64,000 nucleotides of DNA. Origin: an uncultured Candidatus Saccharibacteria bacterium. GTDB lineage: Bacteria > Patescibacteriota > Saccharimonadia > CAILAD01 > BJGX01. Below the pieces are notes generated by a model. The model ran no database searches. It saw nothing but the letters and a program-made list of their open reading frames with translations, and was not told where the DNA came from. Location: positions 223,442 through 287,441 of the forward strand of contig CAZSVP010000001.1 of assembly GCA_964610335.1 (NCBI GenBank), written 5' to 3'. A program made the translations under genes and the position numbers. Positions 19,427-29,168 of this stretch are shown one piece after another (position 1 is the first letter of the stretch; the number at the start of each line of letters is the position of its first letter).

Positions 19427-19845
19427 GGTTTTGCTATTGCTTGGTAAAAACAAAGTTTGTATCGGTCTGGATCGCGTAGTACAAACTCACGATTTCCCCA
19501 AGGCCAATCACGCGGTTCTGAGCTAGGCTCGTAGCCTTTGTCGAGTAATCCTTGGTGAAACCCATCGATATTATCCACATTGATGTATATGTACATACCG
19601 GCGCCTTTTTGCTCGGCAAAAGCATCGTGCTCAAACTCAGAGTTACCCTTGGCAGTGGCTTGATTGACTAACCAAAGTTTAAAGCCATTGATATCAACTA
19701 TAGCCATATCGTCACCTGAAAATGTTTCTTTAAATCCCAAGGATTCATAAAACTCCGCCGATTTCAGGTGGTCAGCAACATATAGAGTTATAATATCGAT
19801 TTTCTGAATCATCTTGTTTGTATTATATTCGGTTTGAGTAGTCAT
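19423..19845 (-). CDS. VOC / glyoxalase-bleomycin resistance family protein
   Basis: Glyoxalase-fold sequence (ITLYVADHLKSAEFYESLGF). Confidence 0.6.
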   Translation of the reverse strand: MTTQTEYNTNKMIQKIDIITLYVADHLKSAEFYESLGFKETFSGDDMAIVDINGFKLWLVNQATAKGNSEFEHDAFAEQKGAGMYIYINVDNIDGFHQGLLDKGYEPSSEPRDWPWGNREFVLRDPDRYKLCFYQAIAKP

Positions 19846-19874
19846 TTCAACTTTAAAGTGTTCAAAATATCTGA

Positions 19875-19890
19875 CTGGCTATTTATAGCC
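19875..19890. promoter_or_regulatory. 16-bp perfect palindrome tggctat-tt-atagcca in a divergent intergenic region
   Basis: Seen directly between the start of the minus gene at 19845 and the plus gene at 19913. Confidence 0.35.
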
Positions 19891-19912
19891 ATACTATGCT
19901 AGCATAAGCATA

Positions 19913-20440
19913 ATGACCAGATCAAAAACTCATCACAACCAACATACGTGGCTATTTATTATTGTCGCTATCGTGTTAGTTGGTATTGTCGGTGCTTCTT
20001 TGTACTTTGTCACACAAAGCAAAAAACAACCAACTTACTTCTCAAGCAATGAGGTGAAGCTACTCGAGTTTGATAGTAGCACGGGACCAGTTAGCCCCGA
20101 GTACCAAGAGAGTAAGACTCTGATAATCACTCCTACTACATGTAGCTATACATTTACGAAGATACAGCCACAGAGTACAACTACAACAAGTTGTGTCATG
20201 ACTGAAACTATTTGGAATACTATTGTAGGGGATTTTGAAAGTAACAAGGTCAAATCAATCTTGGAATCAGCGCCTCAAAGTTCTGATCTTTTAGGTGGGC
20301 CACAAAAGCAGTTCACTGCAGTTTACGCCAATGGTGATACTTATAAAGCATTTATAAATGATTCTGTAAAAGAAAAGCTGCAAAGCTTCTTACAACAAGT
20401 TCAAGCTCAAGTACCAGATCTTAGTAACATTAGTTACTAG
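19913..20440 (+). CDS. Hypothetical membrane-anchored protein
   Basis: 175 aa with an N-terminal TM helix. Confidence 0.45.
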   Translation: MTRSKTHHNQHTWLFIIVAIVLVGIVGASLYFVTQSKKQPTYFSSNEVKLLEFDSSTGPVSPEYQESKTLIITPTTCSYTFTKIQPQSTTTTSCVMTETIWNTIVGDFESNKVKSILESAPQSSDLLGGPQKQFTAVYANGDTYKAFINDSVKEKLQSFLQQVQAQVPDLSNISY

Positions 20441-21506
20441 TTTTGGCCGACATCTTGCGTGATTTACTACCATTCTTGTAGTGCGGCAGGTTTGCATCGA
20501 GCAGTTCGTTGATAACTATTTGGGCTACTCCCACCAGTGGAACTGCAATAAGTGCGCCTAATACTCCAGCCAATGCGCTACCAATAATTACTGCAATAAA
20601 ACTAAGAAGTGGTGAAATATAGACCATTTTCTTGTATATGACAGGCGCTAGAACGTTGTTTTCTATTTGTTGGTAAACAATCAAGAACAAAATTGCTGGC
20701 AAGACTAGTTGAGGCGCGGTTAGGCCAAGAATAATAGCAACTATAATAGCACCAATCCCGGCTCCTACCAGTGGGATTAGATCACAAATAGCCACTACAA
20801 CTGATAATACAAAGGCAAATGGCGCATTGATCAACAACATAAACAGAAGCGTAGTCGAACCAGCAATTCCCGATATCAAGAAGTTGCCACCAATATAGCG
20901 AGCTATCACGCTTGTAGTGTGATCTGCAAGCTCGGCATAGTAACTCCTGGTTTTTGGGTACAGCGTGGCCTTGAGGAAGTTAGCAATTTTTGCACCTTCC
21001 AGTAGGAAGAAGAAACTCAATCCAATCATCATGCCTAGAGATACTAGGTTACTACTAATTTGTTTAAGTAGACTAAACAGTGAGGAACTGAGGGTAGCTA
21101 TTCCTCCAATTATCATTTGCTTGCTGGAAGAATCAATATTACTACTTAGTATGTTATTGATACTTTTTCCTATCCCACTATCGGATTGTAAAAAACTATC
21201 CAGTGTTGTGGGAAGATTTTGGGCTAGTTGACCCGCTTGGCCTACCAGTGGTGCCAATACAACTGCAATCAGAAACAGGCTAACTGCAATTACAATCGCA
21301 TAAGTGCACAAAGTTGCCAGAAGCCTACTATTACGAGGCATCCTAGGGAGTAGCCAATCAGTAATTGGGTTGAGAACAACGGCAAGAAAGGCTGCAAGGG
21401 TTATCATCCCGATTTGAGCTCGAAGTTTCCAGAATAAAAAGCCACCAACCACAAATATGGTGACAATTAACAAATATTTAGTAAAGTCTCGAAGTTTGAG
21501 AGGCAT
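20430..21506 (-). CDS. AI-2E family transporter (UPF0118)
   Basis: 358 aa, multi-TM, family-typical topology. Confidence 0.7.
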   Translation of the reverse strand: MPLKLRDFTKYLLIVTIFVVGGFLFWKLRAQIGMITLAAFLAVVLNPITDWLLPRMPRNSRLLATLCTYAIVIAVSLFLIAVVLAPLVGQAGQLAQNLPTTLDSFLQSDSGIGKSINNILSSNIDSSSKQMIIGGIATLSSSLFSLLKQISSNLVSLGMMIGLSFFFLLEGAKIANFLKATLYPKTRSYYAELADHTTSVIARYIGGNFLISGIAGSTTLLFMLLINAPFAFVLSVVVAICDLIPLVGAGIGAIIVAIILGLTAPQLVLPAILFLIVYQQIENNVLAPVIYKKMVYISPLLSFIAVIIGSALAGVLGALIAVPLVGVAQIVINELLDANLPHYKNGSKSRKMSAKTSN

Positions 21507-21553
21507 TTGCGATATTATAAACTAATAGTATGAAAAGTCAATATTAATAGCTA

Positions 21554-22738
21554 CTATTGTTCTTCAAAAAGCTTTAGCCTCCTTAGCTTGTTTGGAAGAA
21601 AGCCTTCTGGGTGTTTAAAGCCACTTTCCCACTTAGTACCCTTTTGGTAGCCTAAGTCTTTCATGAGCTTGGTAGGGGCATTACGTAAGTGTAGGGGGAC
21701 AGGTTCATCCGGATGCTCACTTGCTGCTTTGAGGGCGCGCGCCATGGCATCGGCTGTGGTACGAGACTTCTTGCTTTTGGCCAGAACAATTGCACATTCA
21801 AAAAGTGTGAGTTGACATTCTGGCAAGCCAATCCGCTCTACCGCCAAAAATGCACTAACAGCTAGATTCAGCGCTGCAGGAGCACTTAACCCTATGTCTT
21901 CACTTGCAAAGATAATATTGCGGCGCGCAATAAACTTGGGATCCTCACCTCCTCGCAGCATTCGTGCCAGATAGTAAAGAGTGGCATCTACATCGCTGCC
22001 ACGCATGGATTTGATATAGGCTGATATGAGATTGTAGTGGTATTCGCCACCCTTGTCGTATTTGGCTGTAACTACTTGCATAGCTTGCTTAACATCATCA
22101 GCCCCAACCTCCTTGTTAGTGATTGCCGCCGCCTCAAGTCCATTGATAGCCATACGAGCATCACCACCACTTAGTTCTGCCAATAGTTCTATTGCCTCTG
22201 CTTTGAGCTGCTTGTTTTTTAGCTCTCCACTGGCTCGGTTCAATATATCAACAATATTTTCTTTGCTAAGAGGTTCTAGCACTACCACGCGCGAACGGCT
22301 AAGTAGTGGGCCAATTACTTCAAAGCTTGGATTCTCAGTCGTGGCACCTATAAGAACAATAGTGCCAGATTCTACATGTGGGAGGAATGCATCTTGTTGA
22401 GCTTTGTTGAAGCGATGAATCTCATCGACAAATAGTACTGTTTTACGCCCTTGTGATAAGTCTGCTTGTGCTTGGGCAATAACTTTCTTCACTTCGGCTA
22501 GGCCAGCAGCTACTGCCGATATCTCTTGATACTCAAAATCCCCAGAATGGGCGATGATCCTAGCCAGTGTAGTCTTACCACTACCTGGCGGTCCCCACAG
22601 TATCATACTAACTGGCTGGCCTTTTTCTATAACAGTTCGCAAAAACTGATTTTTTCCGATCAGATGATCTTGGCCAACCATTTCAGCTAGATTCTTAGGA
22701 CGTTGTTGGTCAGCAAGAGGCTGGAGAACAGGTTTCAT
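21554..22738 (-). CDS. rarA: Replication-associated recombination protein A (AAA+ ATPase)
   Basis: Walker [10 protein letters not shown], Walker [11 protein letters not shown] and the MgsA C-terminal domain. Confidence 0.85.
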   Translation of the reverse strand: MKPVLQPLADQQRPKNLAEMVGQDHLIGKNQFLRTVIEKGQPVSMILWGPPGSGKTTLARIIAHSGDFEYQEISAVAAGLAEVKKVIAQAQADLSQGRKTVLFVDEIHRFNKAQQDAFLPHVESGTIVLIGATTENPSFEVIGPLLSRSRVVVLEPLSKENIVDILNRASGELKNKQLKAEAIELLAELSGGDARMAINGLEAAAITNKEVGADDVKQAMQVVTAKYDKGGEYHYNLISAYIKSMRGSDVDATLYYLARMLRGGEDPKFIARRNIIFASEDIGLSAPAALNLAVSAFLAVERIGLPECQLTLFECAIVLAKSKKSRTTADAMARALKAASEHPDEPVPLHLRNAPTKLMKDLGYQKGTKWESGFKHPEGFLPNKLRRLKLFEEQ

Positions 22739-22771
22739 GTCCCCAGTATATCAAACAGTTACCGAACAGAG

Positions 22772-23092
22772 CTATTTTTTGTTCTTGCGTTCTTGTTGGC
22801 GCTGGTATATGCGCAAAACAATTGCTCTGGCAAGTGCTAGGAACACTGTTATGCCGATGATGACGTAGAAGATCGTAAATAGTTTTCCCAAATCAGTTTT
22901 TGGAACAATATCACCATAGCCTACAGTAGCTAGAGTTATTACGGTGAAGTAAAAGGAATCTAGCCAACGTAGGTTTTCAACATAGTGGTAGAATGTTGCA
23001 CCAACCACAATTAACCCCAAAGCGACTACAATGATTTTGTTGACAGTCTTATTGTTGTTGTAAAGATCTGCTATATCGTATTTTTTGGCCAT
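22772..23092 (-). CDS. Minimal 2-TM potassium channel
   Basis: Selectivity filter TVGYGD. 106 aa. Confidence 0.8.
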   Translation of the reverse strand: MAKKYDIADLYNNNKTVNKIIVVALGLIVVGATFYHYVENLRWLDSFYFTVITLATVGYGDIVPKTDLGKLFTIFYVIIGITVFLALARAIVLRIYQRQQERKNKK

Positions 23093-23097
23093 TTGTT

Positions 23098-24117
23098 TTA
23101 CTTCTTATGGCTACTGTGGGTTTGATGAGCGGTCGAGGTCTTGTGTGAGCGTTTTTTAATCTGTTGTTGAACCAGTGTTGTGCCTCGAGCTATTACGTCA
23201 AAACGGTACAGTAAGTACAACACTAATCCCACCAAGAGTAAGAAGAAGCCGTATGGTCGGGTGAGAGTGAAGTAAGTGTTGATTATGTCAGCGGTAGCTT
23301 GGTTGAGAGTATTGCCAATTACTTGATCAGTGCTTTGTGGCACAAACAAAAGTGTGATTGGCGCAAACATCCATGATCCTATAGTGACAATTAGGCCGGA
23401 TATCCCTAGTGTAAGCCCTGTAGTCCGTAGGATTGCTCGGTAGTTTCGGAAGTTGAGAGCTACGATACCGGCTAAGCTAAGGATTATTACCCACCATAGA
23501 ACTGTTACCAGCGTATTCAACTTCTGGAATGCCATTCGTAGCTTAACCATCATGAGCAGCGGGCTATCAGGATTCTTTTGCCCATCGACTACTGTAATGT
23601 CTCCTGGTACCGAGTTGATTAGCGAATTTAGCGGTTCGCTCAATACTGGTGGTAGCTTGGAATCACTTACAAACTTGCTTGCTTGAGCTTTGTATTTTCC
23701 GGATTCAATTACGACATTGTTGTTCTTGATCTGGGCATCAGCCTTGTCTGCAACCTTATAGGTAGTAGTTAGAATAGGCTCAGCTACTTTGGCAACGTTC
23801 TCAGGTGTTACTATCACATCAAGTAGTTTTTGGGCCAAGGCGTTTTGCAAGAAGTTGTCTTTAACTGATGAAGGTAGATTCTCAGATACCTCTGCTTTTA
23901 TCGCTGAAGATATGTGCACAAAAGTATTGGCATTGCGCATAAATACTACTAGCTTGGCAGCTGTGGCAAAATTATCGCGCAGGACTGTGCTGTAGGTACA
24001 AACCAAGATAGCCACTGCAGCTACTATCGCTAAAACGCGAGTCCAGCCGTGATGCTCCTTGCTCTTAGTGTTGGTTTCTGTCTGTTTGTGAGTATGTGTG
24101 GGCATGTTTCTCTCCAA
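23098..24117 (-). CDS. Hypothetical membrane protein
   Basis: 339 aa with N-terminal and C-terminal TM segments. Confidence 0.5.
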   Translation of the reverse strand: MERNMPTHTHKQTETNTKSKEHHGWTRVLAIVAAVAILVCTYSTVLRDNFATAAKLVVFMRNANTFVHISSAIKAEVSENLPSSVKDNFLQNALAQKLLDVIVTPENVAKVAEPILTTTYKVADKADAQIKNNNVVIESGKYKAQASKFVSDSKLPPVLSEPLNSLINSVPGDITVVDGQKNPDSPLLMMVKLRMAFQKLNTLVTVLWWVIILSLAGIVALNFRNYRAILRTTGLTLGISGLIVTIGSWMFAPITLLFVPQSTDQVIGNTLNQATADIINTYFTLTRPYGFFLLLVGLVLYLLYRFDVIARGTTLVQQQIKKRSHKTSTAHQTHSSHKK

Positions 24118-24206
24118 ATATTTTAAAAGTTACCTTGATTGTAGCTGGATGGCTTATCAAAATGCAAATATTCTTGTGCTTGTGAAAACTACAGTATAAT
24201 AGGATT

Positions 24207-24866
24207 ATGCAACAAGTTTGGGCAATACTACCATTTGCCATAGGCTCTGCGGTGAGCCCTCTTATCTTAACGGCTTCGATTTTAGCAATCTCTCAGCCGA
24301 AGCGACCATTGGCCAAGGCACTAGCATTCTTAGCCGGAGCGGCGATCTCAATTACAGTAATTGGCAGTTTTATTATATTGCTCAACCTTGGAGCCAAAAA
24401 AGCTTCATCTCAACCTAGCTTGGTAGATGCTGAGTTCCAGCTGGTTGCCGGTGTGGCATTGATAATATTTGCGCTTCGTAGATTATTGAAAAAGCGTACC
24501 AATACTAGTCAACATAGTGCCAAAGCTACCTCGGTTTGGAAGTACTTTGTATTGGGTATCGGCCTTATGGCGGTCAATACATCTACCATATTCCTCTACT
24601 TTCCAGCGGCCGTAGTGCTTACCAAAGAGTCAGCTACTGTGTCGGCCCGAGTGTTAGCGCTTGGTGTCATGATCCTATTTAGTTTACTACCAGCTATTGT
24701 CGCACCATTGTTGCTAGTAGTATTGGGCAAACATGCCCAACCAGTTTTGAGAAAGTTATCTGTCTTCGTTGAGCGATTTGGGCCGGCTATAATTGCTGTA
24801 CTGTTTGGTTTGATCGGAGTATTCTTGCTAATCAAGTCAATACTTGATCTAATGGCTTTGAGGTAA
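24207..24866 (+). CDS. Hypothetical integral membrane protein (6 TM)
   Basis: 219 aa and hydrophobic. Confidence 0.5.
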   Translation: MQQVWAILPFAIGSAVSPLILTASILAISQPKRPLAKALAFLAGAAISITVIGSFIILLNLGAKKASSQPSLVDAEFQLVAGVALIIFALRRLLKKRTNTSQHSAKATSVWKYFVLGIGLMAVNTSTIFLYFPAAVVLTKESATVSARVLALGVMILFSLLPAIVAPLLLVVLGKHAQPVLRKLSVFVERFGPAIIAVLFGLIGVFLLIKSILDLMALR

Positions 24867-24869
24867 CTA

Positions 24870-25121
24870 TTGGTGAGCTCCAGAAAATCATCTCAACAAA
24901 CTAGCCGTTGTGAACACCCCGAGAGTCGTATGCGTTCGGTTGTTAAAGCCATCGTTTATAGGTGTCTAATCATAGTTTCTATATTTGCTATAACTTACTT
25001 CGAAACCGGTAAGTTACAAGATGCATTGTCAATCACTGGTATTACGGCAGTGACTGGCACTATCATTTACTACTTACACGAGAGAGTTTGGAGCAGTATT
25101 AGTTGGGGGAGAACAAAATGA
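24870..25121 (+). CDS. DUF2061-like small membrane protein
   Basis: YYLHERVW motif. 83 aa. Confidence 0.45.
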   Translation: MVSSRKSSQQTSRCEHPESRMRSVVKAIVYRCLIIVSIFAITYFETGKLQDALSITGITAVTGTIIYYLHERVWSSISWGRTK

Positions 25122-25738
25122 GTAACTTCAAGGGCGAACTGAATAGCCACATATCAACTGCTCGAATCGAAGCGTTGAGTGATGGGGTGTTTGCTATTGC
25201 TATGACTCTTTTGGTACTCGATTTAAATGTACCAAACTTAGCTGGCACGGTTAGTAATCAACAGTTGTCGCAGGCTTTGTGGCAAATCTGGCCAAATGTA
25301 TTCGCATTTGTCCTAGCATTCTTACTACTTGGTAATGCTTGGGCCGTACATCATCGTCAGTTTGCACTAATCCAGAAATGGGACGATCGTTTTGTGATGA
25401 TCAATACACTTAGGCTACTGATAGTTGTGTGTATCCCATTTACAACATCACTAATTGCGCACTATGGCAATCTAACCAGTGGGGCATTGCCATTTGCGAC
25501 CAATTTCTTCTTACTAGCCATGGCTTCATACTGGCAGTGGGACTATGCTATCAAACACAATCTAATTGGATCGGTTTCGGCTCGAAGTAAGAAACTTGGT
25601 CGGCAAAAGAGTCTGTTTGCTGCGCTTGTGGCAATACTAGCTATGTTAACTTCGCTAGTCGCACCCGCCATATCACCAGCTGTATTTATGTTAAACTTTA
25701 TGGCTGAACCTGTATTGGAAAAAATCAATCATGAGTGA
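25118..25738 (+). CDS. TMEM175/DUF1211 family potassium channel
   Basis: RIEALSDGVFAIAMTLLVLDL signature. RBS ggggag. Confidence 0.7.
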   Translation: MSNFKGELNSHISTARIEALSDGVFAIAMTLLVLDLNVPNLAGTVSNQQLSQALWQIWPNVFAFVLAFLLLGNAWAVHHRQFALIQKWDDRFVMINTLRLLIVVCIPFTTSLIAHYGNLTSGALPFATNFFLLAMASYWQWDYAIKHNLIGSVSARSKKLGRQKSLFAALVAILAMLTSLVAPAISPAVFMLNFMAEPVLEKINHE

Positions 25739-25997
25739 ATTACCAAACCAGTCGGAACCAGCCCCAGACCCTGAGATTGCCAACTTATTTGATGTGATCA
25801 AAGGCGCACGCTATGAAAATTCACAAGATGGATCTATTTGGGTGTTGAATGGTGTATCCAATAATAGCCAAGGCCGCCAAGATAGTGACTATTCGCTTGA
25901 ATTTGTGAACAAAGACCAAGGGATATTAATCAAACCAGCCAAGAATTTTATTGCTGAGATACATCGTGGCGATTGGAAGCCTTATGCTGAGCAATAA
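25731..25997 (+). CDS. Hypothetical protein
   Basis: 88-aa ORF overlapping its neighbours. Confidence 0.4.
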   Translation: MSELPNQSEPAPDPEIANLFDVIKGARYENSQDGSIWVLNGVSNNSQGRQDSDYSLEFVNKDQGILIKPAKNFIAEIHRGDWKPYAEQ

Positions 25998-26733
25998 AAC
26001 TATTGCAAACTTACGCAGTGAGCTTAGATCACACGCCGATTCAGTTCGTGCCAAACATAGCCAACGTTTTTTCAAAACTGGACCGGGCGAATACGGGCAC
26101 GGCGACGTATTCTTGGGTGTTACCGTTCCTGTACAGCGCCAGATAGCCAAGAGCTACTATCACTTGAGCTTACATGACATAGAACAACTGTTACAAAGCA
26201 ATGTACATGAGCAACGATTGACGGCAATTATTATACTAGTCGCTCAGTTTAAGAAGGGTGATGCCACTACTCGTAAGTCAATCTACGATTTCTACCTAAA
26301 AAATACGAAGTATATCAACAATTGGGACATTGTTGACAGCTCCGCGCCATATATTGTTAGCGTTTACTTGTGGGATAACTATGCTCAAACCAGCTCGCCG
26401 TCGGTAGAAACTATCAAGATATTATCCAAGTTGGCAAGGTCTAAGTCTGTTTGGGATAGGCGGATCGCGATAATGTCCACTGCATACTTCATACAACAAG
26501 GGGACATCAATGAAACATTTGCAATTGCTGAAATTTTACTACACGACGAGCACGATTTGATTCAAAAGGCGGTTGGTTGGATGCTACGTGAAGTTGGTAA
26601 TAGCGTGGGGATAGAAAATGAAGAAGGATTTCTGAAAAAGCATTACAAAACAATGCCTCGCACCATGCTGCGCTATGCGATCGAAAAGTTTCCAGAAGCC
26701 AAGCGACAAGCTTATCTCAAGGGTGCCATCTAG
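25984..26733 (+). CDS. DNA alkylation repair protein (AlkD-like HEAT-repeat)
   Basis: HEAT-like repeats. Sequence resembles the DNA alkylation repair enzyme family. Confidence 0.65.
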   Translation: MLSNKTIANLRSELRSHADSVRAKHSQRFFKTGPGEYGHGDVFLGVTVPVQRQIAKSYYHLSLHDIEQLLQSNVHEQRLTAIIILVAQFKKGDATTRKSIYDFYLKNTKYINNWDIVDSSAPYIVSVYLWDNYAQTSSPSVETIKILSKLARSKSVWDRRIAIMSTAYFIQQGDINETFAIAEILLHDEHDLIQKAVGWMLREVGNSVGIENEEGFLKKHYKTMPRTMLRYAIEKFPEAKRQAYLKGAI

Positions 26734-26795
26734 ACTTTTTATCTGTAATTGTTTATAATCTGGCTCCAAGTGTCAACACAAAAGAGGGGGTACCT

Positions 26796-27041
26796 ATGAA
26801 GAAGGCACTTGTAATCTTGATCGTTCTTGGCGCAGTAACCACATGGTTGTTGCGCAAGTTTTCCATGACGCTTCCGTGCCCTGTGTGCCAGTGTCCTGCT
26901 GAGTACTCCGAGGAGAACTATGGCTATGTCTGCACCAACTCACGTTGCAGACACGTTGAGCGCAATCCCATGATGATGCGCCAAGATGTGCGGTCGGTAC
27001 GTTCAGCTCAGCCACCGCTTCACGGAGCTGGTAGCTCATGA
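26796..27041 (+). CDS. Mini-protein with a TM helix and a zinc-ribbon knuckle (high-GC islet)
   Basis: 81 aa. Hydrophobic N-terminus then CPVCQC...(17)...YVCTNSRC. RBS agaggggg. Confidence 0.45.
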   Translation: MKKALVILIVLGAVTTWLLRKFSMTLPCPVCQCPAEYSEENYGYVCTNSRCRHVERNPMMMRQDVRSVRSAQPPLHGAGSS

Positions 27042-27271
27042 AGGTTGTGCACAGATATCCACGAGCCATCAACCTGGCGGTTGTAGTAGGTTTGGTGGCA
27101 GTCATAGTGGTTCGTCACATCGATGGAGTCACTTGTCCCAAGCATGGAGTGGTCTTGTATCGTGACGGTCTGTTCAGTGGTCGTCGCTACTGTCCGATTG
27201 GAAGTTGCAACCACGAGTCGACGCGCGAGTACCGCCAATCGTTGCGCCAAGAACTCTCTGATCAGTTCTGA
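27038..27271 (+). CDS. Mini-protein with a TM helix and a zinc-ribbon knuckle, paralog-like (high-GC islet)
   Basis: 77 aa. ATGA overlap with the upstream ORF. CPKHG...(17)...YCPIGSC. Confidence 0.45.
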   Translation: MKVVHRYPRAINLAVVVGLVAVIVVRHIDGVTCPKHGVVLYRDGLFSGRRYCPIGSCNHESTREYRQSLRQELSDQF

Positions 27272-27295
27272 GCCGAGCCATAAGGAGGTGAAGAC

Positions 27296-27379
27296 ATGAA
27301 GAAGATCGCAGTGTTCGCGATCGTCGCGGCAGGGGGCTACGCCTTCTACCGCAAGTACTGGGGGCCGAACGCCATCTGA
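27296..27379 (+). CDS. 27-aa single-TM peptide (high-GC islet)
   Basis: MKKIAVFAIVAAGGYAFYRKYWGPNAI. RBS aaggagg 5-6 nt upstream. Below the track length cutoff. Confidence 0.3.
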   Translation: MKKIAVFAIVAAGGYAFYRKYWGPNAI

Positions 27380-27459
27380 GGCGTTTCCACAGAACAACAC
27401 ACGGCCTTGCGCCTCGGATTCGTCCGGAGTGCAGGGTCGTTGTTCGTTATAGGGAGTTA

Positions 27460-28068
27460 TTATATCTGTTCGAAGAACATCAGGCGACGACGCTCGTTGT
27501 TGCTTCCGTTGCAGGTAAGTAGTACTACTGTAGGTACCTCGCTTTGGCGGCTAAATATCTTCACATCGTCAGGTTCTACAAACTTGTCACTAACAAAACG
27601 CCATTTGGTAATCCTACCATCTGAGTGTGTTAGCAGCAGAGAGTCGCCACGTTGAATAGACGTCGTCTTGCCTAGAACAGCATCGGTGTTATGGCCATAA
27701 ATAATTGAAGTATTAGTGTCTTGAGCAGGCAAGCTCGACAAGGTTGCAAAAAAAGCATTCTTATCATCTATATACCAGTCATCAAGTGACTTATTGAAGC
27801 TACCCATCAATATTGACAAGTCAATCTGTTGGCGTGGTAACTGAAGCCTAATTGGTGCCTGGGTTAACGCGCTCTTTGACGCTTCTATCTCTGGATTCTT
27901 TAATACTGAGGTAGCTTGAGCTGATCGGTCAAGTAACTTGGGTGAGACCACAAAAGTAGCTATACCAAAGCCTATCGCCAAGCCTATCAAAAGCGCAAAA
28001 ACGACCCGGTGAATTTGATGTGGGTCGATTTGATTGATTCTAGATCTGAGTAGATGGAGAGTTTTCAT
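27460..28068 (-). CDS. Sortase family transpeptidase
   Basis: VVLLTCNG catalytic Cys motif and an N-terminal TM anchor. Confidence 0.75.
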   Translation of the reverse strand: MKTLHLLRSRINQIDPHQIHRVVFALLIGLAIGFGIATFVVSPKLLDRSAQATSVLKNPEIEASKSALTQAPIRLQLPRQQIDLSILMGSFNKSLDDWYIDDKNAFFATLSSLPAQDTNTSIIYGHNTDAVLGKTTSIQRGDSLLLTHSDGRITKWRFVSDKFVEPDDVKIFSRQSEVPTVVLLTCNGSNNERRRLMFFEQI

Positions 28069-28198
28069 AATGTATAGTCACCCTCCAGTAACGGCGCTAG
28101 TCTAACATGGCCTTCTTGGTAAGTCAATTGATCTGTGGAAAATACCTCTCTTATCTGGTAGTATTAGCAACCAAGTACCTCGACGAAGGGAATATGGT

Positions 28199-28393
28199 AT
28201 GTCAGCTACAAAGCTCAAGAAGTTGGTGGAGAAGCATCCGACGGCGAGCAATCTCGTGCTCATTGACCTCCCAGATGGTGAGTTCATGGCGCGCTTTTGC
28301 TTATCACCCAGCTCCACGGCGCCCCACGTCTATGGTTTCGGGGCTACTCCAGATACAGCCGCTCAAGATGCAGCTGATTGGTTCAATGGTTGA
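28199..28393 (+). CDS. Hypothetical small protein (high-GC islet)
   Basis: 64 aa with an aaggga RBS. Confidence 0.4.
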   Translation: MSATKLKKLVEKHPTASNLVLIDLPDGEFMARFCLSPSSTAPHVYGFGATPDTAAQDAADWFNG

Positions 28394-28396
28394 GCC

Positions 28397-28495
28397 ATGA
28401 TCGAACTGCTTGGCAAATCCATCGGCATCAGTCTCTATGGCGTCTGGCTGATCTTCAACAAGCTTCGTGATATAGTTCGAAGCGAAGGAGCATAG
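28397..28495 (+). CDS. 32-aa single-TM peptide (high-GC islet)
   Basis: MIELLGKSIGISLYGVWLIFNKLRDIVRSEGA. The start lies 3 nt after the previous stop. Confidence 0.25.
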   Translation: MIELLGKSIGISLYGVWLIFNKLRDIVRSEGA

Positions 28496-28496
28496 G

Positions 28497-28673
28497 ATGC
28501 GCAAGTCAATCCTGATAGCAAGTGGCATGTTGGTGGCATTCTCACTTTGGCGTTGGCATCGTGGAAATGTGCGGGTGGCGAATGGTTGCTGTCGGGCTTG
28601 TGGTAGCACGATTCACCCAGATCCTGTAGAGATGCATGTCTACTGTCCAGGTTGCAAGAAGTACATCTACTAG
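28497..28673 (+). CDS. Mini-protein with a TM helix and a zinc ribbon (third paralog-like member)
   Basis: 58 aa: MRKSILIASGMLVAFSLW...CCRACGS...(17)...YCPGCKK. RBS gaaggag. Start 1 nt after the previous stop. Confidence 0.4.
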   Translation: MRKSILIASGMLVAFSLWRWHRGNVRVANGCCRACGSTIHPDPVEMHVYCPGCKKYIY

Positions 28674-28735
28674 GTATGTACAAATATGCTCAATTGTTGT
28701 ACAATCTTGCCACCTCGATAAGAAAGGGGCTCGAT

Positions 28736-29098
28736 ATGGAGCCAACCAATAGTGCAGCGGATTTTTGGGGTCACATACACGCGCTCGAAGAGATGGTCAA
28801 CATCATTGAGGGTTGCAGTGACTTCCATTTCGGCTTTGTCGACAACGGTCCGGCGGATTGCTGGTTCGAGATCAGCTGGATTGATGCCACCCTCGAGGGT
28901 GGCGCGGTCAAGCTGACCAACCCCAACCATTTCCGGTTGATCGACGATGCCTACAAGTTGTTCACCGACCAGCATCGTGGCAGTTGGGACAGCTTCTCTA
29001 GGTTGTCGTCGCGTTACACCACGGCCGAGACCACAGCGCTGCGCGAGCGTGGCCGCAACAGCTGGCGTTCGCAGGTGACCTTCGGGGTGGGGACGTGA
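28736..29098 (+). CDS. Hypothetical protein (high-GC islet)
   Basis: 120 aa from the internal ATG (track ORF 28652..29098) with an agaaagggg RBS. Confidence 0.45.
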   Translation: MEPTNSAADFWGHIHALEEMVNIIEGCSDFHFGFVDNGPADCWFEISWIDATLEGGAVKLTNPNHFRLIDDAYKLFTDQHRGSWDSFSRLSSRYTTAETTALRERGRNSWRSQVTFGVGT

Positions 29099-29168
29099 GT
29101 CTCCACCCCGCGAGGGGAATCTTAGTTTGTTCTAGATATACCAGCTATGTTTAAAACAAGTTTAGATA

